DNA of 248,000 nucleotides from Hyalangium minutum (lineage in GTDB: Bacteria; Myxococcota; Myxococcia; Myxococcales; Myxococcaceae), in NCBI RefSeq assembly GCF_000737315.1, contig NZ_JMCB01000006.1:764001-1012000 (forward strand), read 5' to 3'. Every line of letters begins with the position of its first letter. Within the stretch, counting starts at the first letter, position 1. Under the pieces are notes generated by a model, which saw only the letters and a program-made list of their open reading frames with translations, made no database searches and was not told where the DNA came from. Shown here piece by piece: positions 238,421-248,000 of the stretch. Both the position numbers and the translations under genes were made by a program.

Positions 238421-240217
238421 TCATTCCTCGGGGATGATGATCCGGATGATGATGGCTTTGGGGTCGTTGTTGGTGAGGCGCGACTGGTGTGCAGGGCCAC
238501 GGCCCGAGGTGGGTGAGTCGTACTCCACCTGATAGCGCTGGCCCTGATAATCGAATTGCAGATCCGGCCGATTGATTCCCACGCGCTGACCATTCTTGAG
238601 CGTCAGTTGCTGCTGGTTCACCCGAATGTTCTCGGCGTGTAGCACGTCCTCCAGGTACTTGATGTCCTCCTGGAGTTGAGCATTCTGCCTGGGGCTGGGG
238701 CTAATGGGACGGGTCGTCGGGCGTAGGCCTGGCACCTTCGGCTTGACGGTGACGTCCTGACGCAAGCGTGGGCCGGCTGGCACCTGCGGCGTTGGGTTCT
238801 TGCCCGTGAGCGCTTGAGCCAGTTCGGGTGAGGGCGCGAGGGTGCCCGGCGCCGGAGGGAGCGGTGCTGGCGCCGGAGCGGGTTCTGGAGCAGGCGCCAC
238901 AGCTCTCGGCGGAGCGAGTGGAGCCTCCACCCTGCCAGGGCCCACCGGCTCCACCGGCTCCGGGACACCCCACCCGGGCACCGGCCGCGTGGCGGTCATC
239001 AACTTCCCAGCGGCCACTCCCACCGCAAGCGCTGTGAAGAACTCCTGGGCCGCGCCGAGCCGGGACACCTCCTGCTCGGTGAACATCTCCTGGCCACTGC
239101 CCATCTGCCACCCGCGCTCCAGCGCGAAGTGCAGCGGGTTGACATCCCTCGCCAGCCCATACACCCCCAGCAAGGCCTGAAGGGTGGCTGGGTGAGTCAT
239201 GAAGTAGTGCTTGACGATTCTCCGCCGGTTCTCCCAGTGGGCATATCCCTCGGCGGCGGCGGCTCCCGTGCCCAGGCGCCGCTCCATGTCCTCGCGCTGC
239301 TCGGGGGTGAGGCGCTGTGGCGTCACCAACGGCCACATGCGGAGAGCCTCGGGCACCGTCTCCGCGCTCATGGCCTCGGCGTACTTGCGCTCCCACTGCG
239401 ACAGCGGGTGGCTCCAGTGAGCCATGTCCTCCCAGGGGCCCGAGTTCCACCAGGCCTGGACGGCCCCGGGCTTCTGGAGCAGGAGAATCTGCTGAATCAC
239501 GTCCCGCTCTGCGAAGGCGGTGAGCGCCACCTGCGAAGCAGCGGGCTCAAGCCCCGCCGTCCTCGCCTCCGCCGCGGAGGAGGGGCCTGGCTCACGTGGC
239601 GGCAAGGCGCCTTGTGGACTCTGGGCGGATTGCTGCGCCCACGGGCGCTGAGGCGGGGCGAGGGCAGGCGTGCGGGACGGTGCGCCGAAGCCGAAGAGAA
239701 GACCCACCCCGAGGGAGAACACTCCTTCGCCTTGCGCGAAGCGGGAGGGCGGGAACGCGTACACGCCCGAAAGGCCCACCTCCAGCCCGATGCCGCCACG
239801 GATGGCGTGCACTCCGGCTTCGCCGCCAGCGCGCAGCCGGGGAGGCCACCAGGAGCGGGGGGTAACTGCCGCTCCACCGAGGGCCTTGAAGTACAGCGGC
239901 CCCTCCCCCGTGAAGCGCGCCACCGCGTCGGTGGACAGCTCCCACGCTCCGGCGGAGGTGGCTGGGGGCAGCAAGCTCCAGCGCGCCCCGAGCCCCTGGC
240001 CTGCTTCCGACAAGCCCCACAGGCTCACGCTGTACGAGGTGCGCGGTGCCCACGCGCTACCCAGTGCAGCGCCCCGGGAAACCTCTGCCCCCACCACGGC
240101 CCGCATCTGGCTCGTCTCGTCAGAGGCCTGTGCCCCGGGCGAGGCCAAGACGGCCAGCAACAAGAGGCTGACAGCCGCATGCCACCGCGAGGGTTGGCGC
240201 GCTCCCGGGCCCCTCAT
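238421..240217 (-). CDS. Putative exported REase-fold toxin, paralog of 17457
   Basis: RPDLQ..VEYD tip; ORF track extends to 240316. Confidence 0.65.
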   Translation of the reverse strand: MRGPGARQPSRWHAAVSLLLLAVLASPGAQASDETSQMRAVVGAEVSRGAALGSAWAPRTSYSVSLWGLSEAGQGLGARWSLLPPATSAGAWELSTDAVARFTGEGPLYFKALGGAAVTPRSWWPPRLRAGGEAGVHAIRGGIGLEVGLSGVYAFPPSRFAQGEGVFSLGVGLLFGFGAPSRTPALAPPQRPWAQQSAQSPQGALPPREPGPSSAAEARTAGLEPAASQVALTAFAERDVIQQILLLQKPGAVQAWWNSGPWEDMAHWSHPLSQWERKYAEAMSAETVPEALRMWPLVTPQRLTPEQREDMERRLGTGAAAAEGYAHWENRRRIVKHYFMTHPATLQALLGVYGLARDVNPLHFALERGWQMGSGQEMFTEQEVSRLGAAQEFFTALAVGVAAGKLMTATRPVPGWGVPEPVEPVGPGRVEAPLAPPRAVAPAPEPAPAPAPLPPAPGTLAPSPELAQALTGKNPTPQVPAGPRLRQDVTVKPKVPGLRPTTRPISPSPRQNAQLQEDIKYLEDVLHAENIRVNQQQLTLKNGQRVGINRPDLQFDYQGQRYQVEYDSPTSGRGPAHQSRLTNNDPKAIIIRIIIPEE

Positions 240218-240515
240218 TCGGCAAACCCTTCGAGGGCGGTGCCTCCGGCGCTGGCGCCGAGCAACACAAGGGACAGCGCTCCGGCCTTCCAGAGAAGCCT
240301 CTGCCACGGCCAGCATGTGTCACCCCTTCATGCGAGGAGGTGATCAGGTTAGAGGGCCGCCACGGAGAAGAGGAGGATCCGCCGGGTGGCACCCGTGCTT
240401 CGGCTCCAGCTCCCTTGTCGAAGCTGTTGGGGAGGGTGACGGGGCCGGGATTCTCGATGGCGGCGAGGGCTGCGCGTAACAGGGAGTAGAAGAGCGCGGC
240501 CACCTCGGTGCCTCG

Positions 240516-241352
240516 TTGGGAGAAGCTTGCCGCCCTGGAGGAATTCCTCTCCTACGAGTCCTTCAAAGAACTTCGCCTGCAGGTGCTGCCCCATCGGCGG
240601 GATTTCTTGTCGCCGGAGGATCCCGGGGCCGCTGTCCGGATAGCGGGGCCCGGAATTTGGTCCGAACGATGGGGTCCACCTCAGCTATCAGCCGCCATGT
240701 CGTGGCGACGGCGGGCCACTGCATCTGCAAGCGCAGGCAGGGAGCGTCGCCTGGTCAAGGGAGTCAAGCCATCATTGACGCGTCAGCCTGTTTCGAGGGC
240801 GCGAAGGTGGAGACGGTCTTCTATAAACCCCCGGTCGAGGAAGGGGCCCGGAATTTGGTCCGAACGATGGGGTCGCGGGGGAAGATCTACAAGGGCAGGG
240901 CCCGACCGCACCCCGCGTTGAAGGTCATGCTCGATGAACAGGGTCGCGTCATGTCGAGCCGTGCGGATCTCGCCCTCATCTTTCTGGAGAAGCCCCTGGA
241001 GTCTCCGGGCATTCCTCTGGCTGATGAGGACACCCGGGTGGGTGACTCCGTCATCATCGCGGGATATGGCTACGACGAAGTCGCTGACGTGTTCGGCTGG
241101 GAGCGCCGCTTCTGCACCAACAAGATCACCCGGCTCTCGCTGACGGAGGATGAGCGGATCCTGATTGAGCAGCCGGGAGGGCATCAGTACAGGCAGGACA
241201 GTGGCGGACCCTGTCTTCGCCAGGGAGAGAAGGGGCCCGAGATTGTGGGGATCTCCAGCCGCTGGCTTGGAGAAGGAGCCGCCTGCACGAGCATTCATGG
241301 CCACCTTGATTGGCTGCGCGAGGAAGTCCGTCGTGCGGAAACACCTGATTGA
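240516..241352 (+). CDS. Trypsin-like serine protease, N-terminus probably rearranged
   Basis: ATAGHC, ADLALI, DSGGP. Confidence 0.65.
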   Translation: MGEACRPGGIPLLRVLQRTSPAGAAPSAGFLVAGGSRGRCPDSGARNLVRTMGSTSAISRHVVATAGHCICKRRQGASPGQGSQAIIDASACFEGAKVETVFYKPPVEEGARNLVRTMGSRGKIYKGRARPHPALKVMLDEQGRVMSSRADLALIFLEKPLESPGIPLADEDTRVGDSVIIAGYGYDEVADVFGWERRFCTNKITRLSLTEDERILIEQPGGHQYRQDSGGPCLRQGEKGPEIVGISSRWLGEGAACTSIHGHLDWLREEVRRAETPD

Positions 241353-241534
241353 GGAAGGACGGTCGAACGATGACTCGATGGCAGGTGGCAGTCATCTGAC
241401 GCTGCCTGACTGCACAGGGGTGCTGGTTGCGCCTCGCGTTGTCGTGACGGCCGGCCACCCCCTAAAGGCTGGGCATCTTCCGGGAGCCTCTGGGTATGAT
241501 GGAGCCTCGACCCAAGAGGGGGGCTTGACGCGAG

Positions 241535-242341
241535 ATGGTGCCTCGGACGGCCTTGGTGAGGAACAATGTGCAGGTTCTGGGCAAGGGCCAGAGCCTGATC
241601 ATGTTTGCCCACGGTTTTGGGAGCACGCAGGCCGTCTGGCAGGCGCAGGTGCAAGCCTTCGCGGAGACGCACCGCATCCTCCTGTTTGATCACGTGGGCG
241701 CCGCAGGCGGCAACCTGGCGGCCTACAGCCCCTACCGCTATGCGAGCGTGGAGGGCTACGCCGCGGACATGCTCGAGGTTCTGGAGGCGGTGGACGCCCG
241801 AGACGTCATCTATGTCGGGCACTCCATGAGCGGCATGGTGGGGTTGCTGGCGGGACTGGCCCGGCCCGAGCTCTTCCGGGGCATGGTCTTCATCAGCTCC
241901 TCGCCTCGCTACCTCAACGCTCCAGGCTATGTGGGAGGCTTCGAGCGGGCGGACCTGGATGCGCTCTATGCCTCCATGGAGGCGGACTTTGGCGCCTGGG
242001 CCAGTGGCTTTGCCCGGGCCGTGGTGGGCTCGTCCGCCACGCCCGAGCTGGCGGAGTCCTTCGCACGGTCGCTCGGCTCGCTCCGCCCCGATGTGGCGCT
242101 CGGCGTGGCGCGCGTCATCTTCGAGGCGGATCTGCGAGAGAAGGTGCCCAAGCTCTCGCTGCCCACCTGGATCCTCCAGCCGCGCAGCGACCTGGCCGTG
242201 CCTCGCGAGGTGGGGAGCTATCTGGCGCACCACCTCCCTCAGGGCCAACTCGTCGTCGTGGACAGCGAGGGGCACCTGCCCCACCTCACCTCTCCTGGCC
242301 AGGTCAATGCCATCCTGGCGGAGATCCTCTCGGAACTCTGA
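241535..242341 (+). CDS. RsbQ/KAI2-like alpha/beta hydrolase
   Basis: AHGFG, GHSMSG, GHLPHL. Confidence 0.88.
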   Translation: MVPRTALVRNNVQVLGKGQSLIMFAHGFGSTQAVWQAQVQAFAETHRILLFDHVGAAGGNLAAYSPYRYASVEGYAADMLEVLEAVDARDVIYVGHSMSGMVGLLAGLARPELFRGMVFISSSPRYLNAPGYVGGFERADLDALYASMEADFGAWASGFARAVVGSSATPELAESFARSLGSLRPDVALGVARVIFEADLREKVPKLSLPTWILQPRSDLAVPREVGSYLAHHLPQGQLVVVDSEGHLPHLTSPGQVNAILAEILSEL

Positions 242342-242346
242342 GCGCC

Positions 242347-244845
242347 ATGGCGGAAGCGTCTCCATCGCCCGGCGAGCGCTCACTGCCAGAGTGGGTGGCT
242401 GCCGCCGTGGCGGCGCTCTCCCCCAGGGATGGGAAGCAGCTGGAGCGCGTGCTGGAGGTCGCCCGGAGCGCCTGTGGGGCGGACCTGGCGCTGGCGCTTC
242501 GCCGGGTGGATGCCGTCACGCTCTTCGAGCTGGGAGGCGCGCCCGCTCAACATCCGAGCCTGCCTCCGGTGGGAGAGTCCCTCTTCCGGGGCGTGCTGGG
242601 CGGGCAGGGCTGCTCCTTCTTCGAGCCCGAGCAGGCTGAGCCAGGGTGGCCTTACTCCCTTCGCGGGGCGGTGGCGCTCGTGCCCTGGGAGTCCGTGGAG
242701 GAGCGGCGCGGCGCCGTGCTGCTCGTGCGCCGGGGCACCCAGTCCTTCTCTCCGGACGAGCGCGGCCGGCTCGAGGCCCTGTGTGGGCTGCTGGTCACCG
242801 TCGCCCGCGAGAGTGACTTGGAGCGCCTGACGGCCGGGCTGCGCGAGCGGGTGGAGGCCATCTCTCACGCGCTCCCCTGCGGGCTCATCTTCCTGAACCC
242901 GCAGGAGGCCGAGGCATGGCTGAACGAGCCCGCGGCCGAGCTGCTCGGGCTCCCGGCGGGCAAGGCGCCCGCGCACCTCGTTGCCCAGGCCATGGCCGCG
243001 CTGCGCGAGCGCGCCGTGAACCGCCAGGAGCTGGAGGTGAAGCTGGAGCACCTGTTCCGGGGAGGTGCCTCGGAGCTTCGGGACGTGCTGTGGCGCTTCG
243101 AGAACCCTCACCGCATCTTCTCCGTGTCCTGCGTGCTGGCCAGCCGAGGGCCCACGCGCGGCCGGCTCTGGGCCTTCCTCGACGTCACCCAAGCCCAGGA
243201 CACGCTCGCGCTGCTGGAGCAGCAGAACCTCGCGCTGGAGGCCGCCCGGCGCGAGGCGGACGCTGCCAACGCCGCCAAGTCCCAGTTCCTGGCCACCATG
243301 AGCCACGAGATTCGCACGCCCATGAACGGGGTGCTCGGCATGACTCACCTCCTGCGGCGCACGCCCCTGTCCCAGGAGCAGCAGGAGTACGTGGACGTCA
243401 TCCACACCAGCGGCGAGGCGCTGCTGACGATCATCAACGACATCCTCGACTTCTCGAAGATCGAAGCGGGTGCCCTGGAGCTCGACAGCGCGGCGTTCTC
243501 GCTGCGGCAGACCCTGGACGAGTGTGTGCGTCTGCTGAGCCCCTCGGCCGAGGCGCGGGGGCTGTACTGCCGCCAGGAAGTCGAGCCCACCGTGCCGGAC
243601 ACGCTGGTGGGCGATCGGATGCGGCTGCGGCAGATCCTCCTCAACCTCGTGGGCAATGCGCTGAAGTTCACGCACCAGGGCGGAGTGACTGTCCACGTGT
243701 CGCGAGGCGAGGCGCCAGCCTCGGGCCTGCCCTCCGAGGTGCGGGTGTGCTTCGCCGTGAGCGACACGGGCATCGGCATTCCCGCCGAGCGCATGGATCG
243801 GCTCTTCCGCACCTTCAGCCAGGTGGACTCCTCCACCAGCCGCCACTATGGGGGAACGGGCCTGGGGCTCGTCATCAGCCAGCGCCTCGCGCAGATGATG
243901 GAGGGCCACATCCACGTGCGGAGCACCGAGGGCGTGGGCTCCACGTTCACGCTCGAGGTGGTGCTGCAAGAGGGCTCGGAGGCCTCGCTCCCGCCCCGCA
244001 CCGAGGTGGACGAGAGCCTGGGTGCCCGCCACCCGCTGCGCGTCCTCCTGGTGGAGGACAACCCCATCAACCAGAAGGTGAACCTGCGCGTCTTCCAGCG
244101 CCTGGGCTACGAGGCGCACGTGGTGGGCAACGGGCTGGAGGCGCTCGCGGCCATGCGGGAGGCGGCCTATGACGTGGTCTTCATGGACGTCCACATGCCG
244201 CGCCTGGACGGCCTGGAGGCGGCCCGGCGGGTGCGCGCCGATGCGGCGGAGTACGGGTCGCCGTACATCGTCGCCATGACGGCGAGCGCGGTGAAGGGAG
244301 ATCGCGAGCGCTGCCTCCAGGCGGGGATGAACGACTACGTGGCCAAGCCCGTGGAGTTCCCGATGCTCGCCGCGGCCTTGGAGCGGGCCGCCTTCGCCAG
244401 GGCCCAGGGGCTCTCTCTCTCTCTCTCTCCTGCTCCGCTGCAGGAACTCGCCTCCCCGGAGCCATCCTCCGCCAACGAGGCGCCGGTGCTCCAGAGGGAG
244501 ATCCTCCAGCGGCTGGAGCTGCTCGTCGGCAACAACCGGGAGGAGCTCGGTACATTGACGCGGGACTTCCTGAAGAACGCCCGTAAGCACCAGGAGGCCC
244601 TGCTCCAAGGCGTCCTGGACAGGGACGCGCGGGCGTTGGGGGAGCATGCCCACAGCCTCCGGTCGAGCGCGGCGCTCTTTGGGGCCTCCCAGCTGTCGCG
244701 CTTCTGCGAGGAACTCGAACAGTGCGCGGAGGCGGGCTTCTCGGATCAGCTGAAGGCGCTGGCCAAGTCTACGGCGCAAGCTTTCGAGCAGGCGCGGGCG
244801 GCGCTCGAGGAGGCCGTGCCCGAGGCCTGTCCCGCGCGGAGCTGA
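242347..244845 (+). CDS. Hybrid histidine kinase with REC and Hpt
   Basis: SHEIRTPM, GTGLGL, MDVHMP, AHSLRSS. Confidence 0.92.
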   Translation: MAEASPSPGERSLPEWVAAAVAALSPRDGKQLERVLEVARSACGADLALALRRVDAVTLFELGGAPAQHPSLPPVGESLFRGVLGGQGCSFFEPEQAEPGWPYSLRGAVALVPWESVEERRGAVLLVRRGTQSFSPDERGRLEALCGLLVTVARESDLERLTAGLRERVEAISHALPCGLIFLNPQEAEAWLNEPAAELLGLPAGKAPAHLVAQAMAALRERAVNRQELEVKLEHLFRGGASELRDVLWRFENPHRIFSVSCVLASRGPTRGRLWAFLDVTQAQDTLALLEQQNLALEAARREADAANAAKSQFLATMSHEIRTPMNGVLGMTHLLRRTPLSQEQQEYVDVIHTSGEALLTIINDILDFSKIEAGALELDSAAFSLRQTLDECVRLLSPSAEARGLYCRQEVEPTVPDTLVGDRMRLRQILLNLVGNALKFTHQGGVTVHVSRGEAPASGLPSEVRVCFAVSDTGIGIPAERMDRLFRTFSQVDSSTSRHYGGTGLGLVISQRLAQMMEGHIHVRSTEGVGSTFTLEVVLQEGSEASLPPRTEVDESLGARHPLRVLLVEDNPINQKVNLRVFQRLGYEAHVVGNGLEALAAMREAAYDVVFMDVHMPRLDGLEAARRVRADAAEYGSPYIVAMTASAVKGDRERCLQAGMNDYVAKPVEFPMLAAALERAAFARAQGLSLSLSPAPLQELASPEPSSANEAPVLQREILQRLELLVGNNREELGTLTRDFLKNARKHQEALLQGVLDRDARALGEHAHSLRSSAALFGASQLSRFCEELEQCAEAGFSDQLKALAKSTAQAFEQARAALEEAVPEACPARS
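244411..244429 (+). repeat. (CT)9 microsatellite inside the kinase gene
   Basis: CTCTCTCTCTCTCTCTCTC encoding LSLSLS. Confidence 0.9.
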
Positions 244846-244936
244846 GCCCGGGAGTGGGTGGATCTGAGAAGGTTCCTTCGATTCCCTGTAGAGTCACCGC
244901 CCGCTCGGCATGAGCCGGCGTGGGAGGTGCCGCACG

Positions 244937-245287
244937 ATGCACGGTATCGGGACAGCGCTCTGCCTCTTCATTGTCGCCGAACACGTGGCCTTCATGGTCC
245001 TGGAGATGGTCTTCTGGCAGAAGCCGCTGGGCCGGGCCCTCTTCAAAAGGTCGGTCGAGGAAGCGCGGACCTCCGCGAGCCTGGCCGCGAACCAGGGGCT
245101 CTACAATGGCTTCCTCGCCGCTGGGCTGGCGATGGCGGTCTTTCTGGGCGAGGGCCGCTTCACGGCGTTCTTCCTGGCCTGCGTCGTGGTGGCGGGAACC
245201 TTCGCGGGCATCACGGTGAGCCGCGGCATCTTCTTCGTCCAGGCAGCGCCGGCCCTCCTCGCGGGCCTCGTGCTGTTCGTCTCATAG
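244937..245287 (+). CDS. DUF1304 family membrane protein
   Basis: EHVAFMVLEM, NQGLYNGFLA. Confidence 0.85.
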   Translation: MHGIGTALCLFIVAEHVAFMVLEMVFWQKPLGRALFKRSVEEARTSASLAANQGLYNGFLAAGLAMAVFLGEGRFTAFFLACVVVAGTFAGITVSRGIFFVQAAPALLAGLVLFVS

Positions 245288-245299
245288 AGCGATAGCGCC

Positions 245300-246661
245300 G
245301 TGACCCACCCCACCATCGAGCGCCACGCGCGCCATGTGAACCCCGCCTTCGTGAAGCTGCTGGGAGTGCTCGGCTATGGCCGGGTGTTTACGCGGGCGCG
245401 GGATGTGTGGCTCTGGGATGATCAGGAGCGGCAGTACCTCGACTTCCTGGCGGGGTTCGGCTCGGTGAACCTGGGCCACAACCACCCGAGGCTCATGGCG
245501 CGGCTGCAGCGCTTCCTGGCCGAGGACGCGCTCCACTTCTGCCACGTGGGCCTGACGGAGCACTCGGCGCTGCTGGGCGAGGCACTCTGCCAACGGCTCG
245601 ATGCTCCGCTGGAGGTGGTGCTGCTGGCGTCCAGCGGCGGCGAGGCGGTGGAGGCCGGCATGAAGCTGGCCCGCGCGGCCACGCGGCGCTCGGCCTTCGT
245701 GTTCTGCGAGGGAGGCTTTCACGGGACGAGCTTCGGCACGCTCTCGATGATGGGCTCCGAGCGCATGCGCAAGCCCTTCGAGCCGCTGCTCGCGGGTTGC
245801 CACCGCGTGCCCTTCGGGGACCTGGAGGCACTGGAGCGGGTGCTCCGGCGCGAGAAGGTCGCGGCGTTCGTGGTGGAGCCGCTGCTGGCCGAGGGCGGCG
245901 TCGTCTCTCCGCCTCCGGGGTATTTAAAGGAGGCACAGGCGCTGTGCCGCAAGCACGGGGCCCTGCTGGTGCTGGACGAGGTGCAGACGGGGCTGGGCCG
246001 CCTGGGCCGGCGCTTCGCGTACCAGGGCCAGGGCTTCGTGCCGGATGTGCTGGTGCTGGCCAAGGCGCTGAGCGGCGGAGCGGTGCCGGTGTCCGCGGCC
246101 ATCACCTCCACGGAGATTCACGGGCGCGCCTACGGAGGGACGGAGCGGTTCGATCTGCACAGCACCACGTTCGGTGGCAACGCGCTGGCGTGCACGGCGG
246201 CCATGGAGACGCTGGCCATCGTGGATGACGAGGGGCTCGTGGCGAACGCCGCCGCGAGAGGGACCGAGCTGCTGGAGGGCCTGCGGAAGCGGCTCGCGGG
246301 GCATCCGCTGGTGCGGGAGATCCGCGGCGAGGGATTGCTGGTGGGCGTGGAGCTGGGGCCCACCGAGAGCGGGCTGCTCAACCGCCTGGTTCCGAGCCTG
246401 GTGGGACAGGTGTCGGAGAAGGTCTTCGGACAGTGGGCGGCGCTGCGGCTGTTGGAGGAGGGCATCGTGTGCCAGCCAGCCTCGCACCGGTGGGACGTGC
246501 TGCGGCTGGAGCCGCCGCTGACGGTGAAGTCCGAGGAGATTCAGCGGGTGGTGGATGCGGTGGCGCGCATCCTGGGGGACTACACGGGGCTGGTGCCGCT
246601 GCTGCGCGATGTGGTGGCGAGGGTGGGCGAGCAGCGCAAGCGGGAAGGAGCGTTCCGATGA
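245300..246661 (+). CDS. Class III aminotransferase
   Basis: FHGTS, LDEVQTGLGR, LAKALSGG. Confidence 0.92.
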   Translation: MTHPTIERHARHVNPAFVKLLGVLGYGRVFTRARDVWLWDDQERQYLDFLAGFGSVNLGHNHPRLMARLQRFLAEDALHFCHVGLTEHSALLGEALCQRLDAPLEVVLLASSGGEAVEAGMKLARAATRRSAFVFCEGGFHGTSFGTLSMMGSERMRKPFEPLLAGCHRVPFGDLEALERVLRREKVAAFVVEPLLAEGGVVSPPPGYLKEAQALCRKHGALLVLDEVQTGLGRLGRRFAYQGQGFVPDVLVLAKALSGGAVPVSAAITSTEIHGRAYGGTERFDLHSTTFGGNALACTAAMETLAIVDDEGLVANAAARGTELLEGLRKRLAGHPLVREIRGEGLLVGVELGPTESGLLNRLVPSLVGQVSEKVFGQWAALRLLEEGIVCQPASHRWDVLRLEPPLTVKSEEIQRVVDAVARILGDYTGLVPLLRDVVARVGEQRKREGAFR

Positions 246662-247677
246662 GCCTGGCCGAGCTTCGGCGGGACGCGCGCTTCGCGGCGG
246701 GGTTGGTGGCGCGGCGGCCCTTCCAGGTGCTGGTGCAGGTGACGAACCGCTGCAACGCCACGTGCTCCTTCTGCGACTTCTGGCCCAACGGCGCGCACCC
246801 TCGCGAGGAGCTGACGGCGGACGACTTCCGCAAGCTGTCGGCCGAGCTGGCGAAGATCGGCACATTCCTCATCTCCATCGAAGGCGGGGAGCCGTTCGTC
246901 CGGCAGGACCTGGTGGAGATCGTCCGGGCGTTTGGAGAGCACCACGTGCCGCTGCTGTACACGAACGGTTGGTTCGTGACCGAGGAGAAGGTGAAGGCGC
247001 TGTTTGCGGCGGGACTGGCGCAGGTGGGCGTGTCCATCGACTACTCGGAGGCGGCGCGGCACGACGCCAAGCGCGGACTGAAGGGCGGCACGGAGCGGGC
247101 GTGGCAGGCGGTGGACCTGTTCCGGAAGCACGCGCCGCACGGGAACCGTCAAGTGCACGTGATGACGGTGCTGATGCGCGACAACCAGAACGACTTGGAG
247201 GCGCTGCTAAAGCAGAGCGCCGCGCATGACGTGGGCCACTGCCTGACGCTGATCTCCACGCAGGGGTACCGGCGCGGGAAGGACTCGCCGGACGGTGTGC
247301 CGGACGTGTCGCTGTCACCGCAACTGCTGTCGCTGTGGAAGCAGTACCCGCACTTCCGCATGTTCCGCGACTACCTGGGGAGCGTGGACACGTTCCTCGC
247401 GGACCGAAGCCAGCTCCCGGCGTGCCAAGCGGGGACGCAGAGCTTCAACATCGATCACCTGGGGAACGTGTCCCCGTGCATCGAGAAGATCGATCGCCGG
247501 TTCGGGAACGTGCGGGACGAGCCGCTGGCGGCCATCCTCCAGCGTATGCGCGAGGGCGGGACGGCGCGGGGCTGCCAGGACTGCTGGACGCTCTGCCGGG
247601 GCTTCAACCAGAGCCTCGGGCAGGGGGGCACACTGAAGGGCTGGATGGACCTGAGCACGCGCATGCGCTCGGCGTGA
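246658..247677 (+). CDS. Radical SAM/SPASM protein
   Basis: CNATCSFC, C-terminal Cys cluster. Confidence 0.9.
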   Translation: MSLAELRRDARFAAGLVARRPFQVLVQVTNRCNATCSFCDFWPNGAHPREELTADDFRKLSAELAKIGTFLISIEGGEPFVRQDLVEIVRAFGEHHVPLLYTNGWFVTEEKVKALFAAGLAQVGVSIDYSEAARHDAKRGLKGGTERAWQAVDLFRKHAPHGNRQVHVMTVLMRDNQNDLEALLKQSAAHDVGHCLTLISTQGYRRGKDSPDGVPDVSLSPQLLSLWKQYPHFRMFRDYLGSVDTFLADRSQLPACQAGTQSFNIDHLGNVSPCIEKIDRRFGNVRDEPLAAILQRMREGGTARGCQDCWTLCRGFNQSLGQGGTLKGWMDLSTRMRSA

Positions 247678-248000
247678 GGTGCCGCGCGCTCAGGCTTGGG
247701 GCCCAGGAGCTACTGGATCGACCTTACCCATTGCTTCGCTGGCTTGAACTCGGTGGAGGAAGCCGGGGAGGAGAGTTTGAGAGGGGGCCAGCGGCGCCGC
247801 TGCTGAAGCTCATCCACGAGGCTGCGGCTCGTTGCCTCACCTGCTTCCTCACGCGGGAAGGTGGAGCAGCGCGCTAGATGCAACCCAGCAGGCAGGACAG
247901 TGGCAGCGGCGCGGCGTTACGTGGGGAGGGAGCAGGGACGTGGCGAGCGCCCAGGCGTCAGCGTCGGGCGCGAGGCTGCCCCCGCAGGGGGGCTGGAGGT

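Overview
A 248 kb, very GC-rich chromosomal segment of a myxobacterium (most likely Cystobacterineae, inferred from gene content) spanning the origin region: dnaA, rpmH-rnpA-yidD-yidC-jag-mnmE, mnmG-rsmG, five parS palindromes, parA-parB and a bactofilin gene. Between these lie many signalling genes (hybrid histidine kinases, Ser/Thr kinases, sigma54 activators, a GGDEF protein, an adenylate cyclase, an MCP), metabolic genes (egtBD, molybdenum cofactor, cytochrome c oxidase, tkt, thiD, kynA), large surface proteins (PilY1, AgmC-like, OmpA/TSP3 barrels, a ~2800 aa Ig-repeat adhesin), one IS66 element with intact ends, two Rpn/YhgA-like nucleases and several toxin-immunity cassettes, intact or decayed. 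No rRNA, tRNA or CRISPR array was recognised. The strongest novelty candidates are: (i) a nitrilase / wHTH / ParA-REase-NACHT-WD40 three-gene module with its own operator (84-91 kb); (ii) a sigma54 promoter with tandem enhancer repeats driving an unannotated 38 aa Ser/Thr-rich peptide between an activator and a TPR Ser/Thr kinase (74-80 kb); (iii) a WD40 Roco GTPase flanked by a dead and a live metallophosphoesterase, near a Macro-NDT gene and a 1661 aa pore-former-like protein (210-226 kb); (iv) an adhesin carrying an internal MYXO-CTERM plus a second signal peptide in frame with a TraB-like barrel; (v) a JAB-motif lipoprotein cassette. All family assignments come from motif recognition by eye; no database searches were run. 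Start codons were adjusted by inspection and are approximate.
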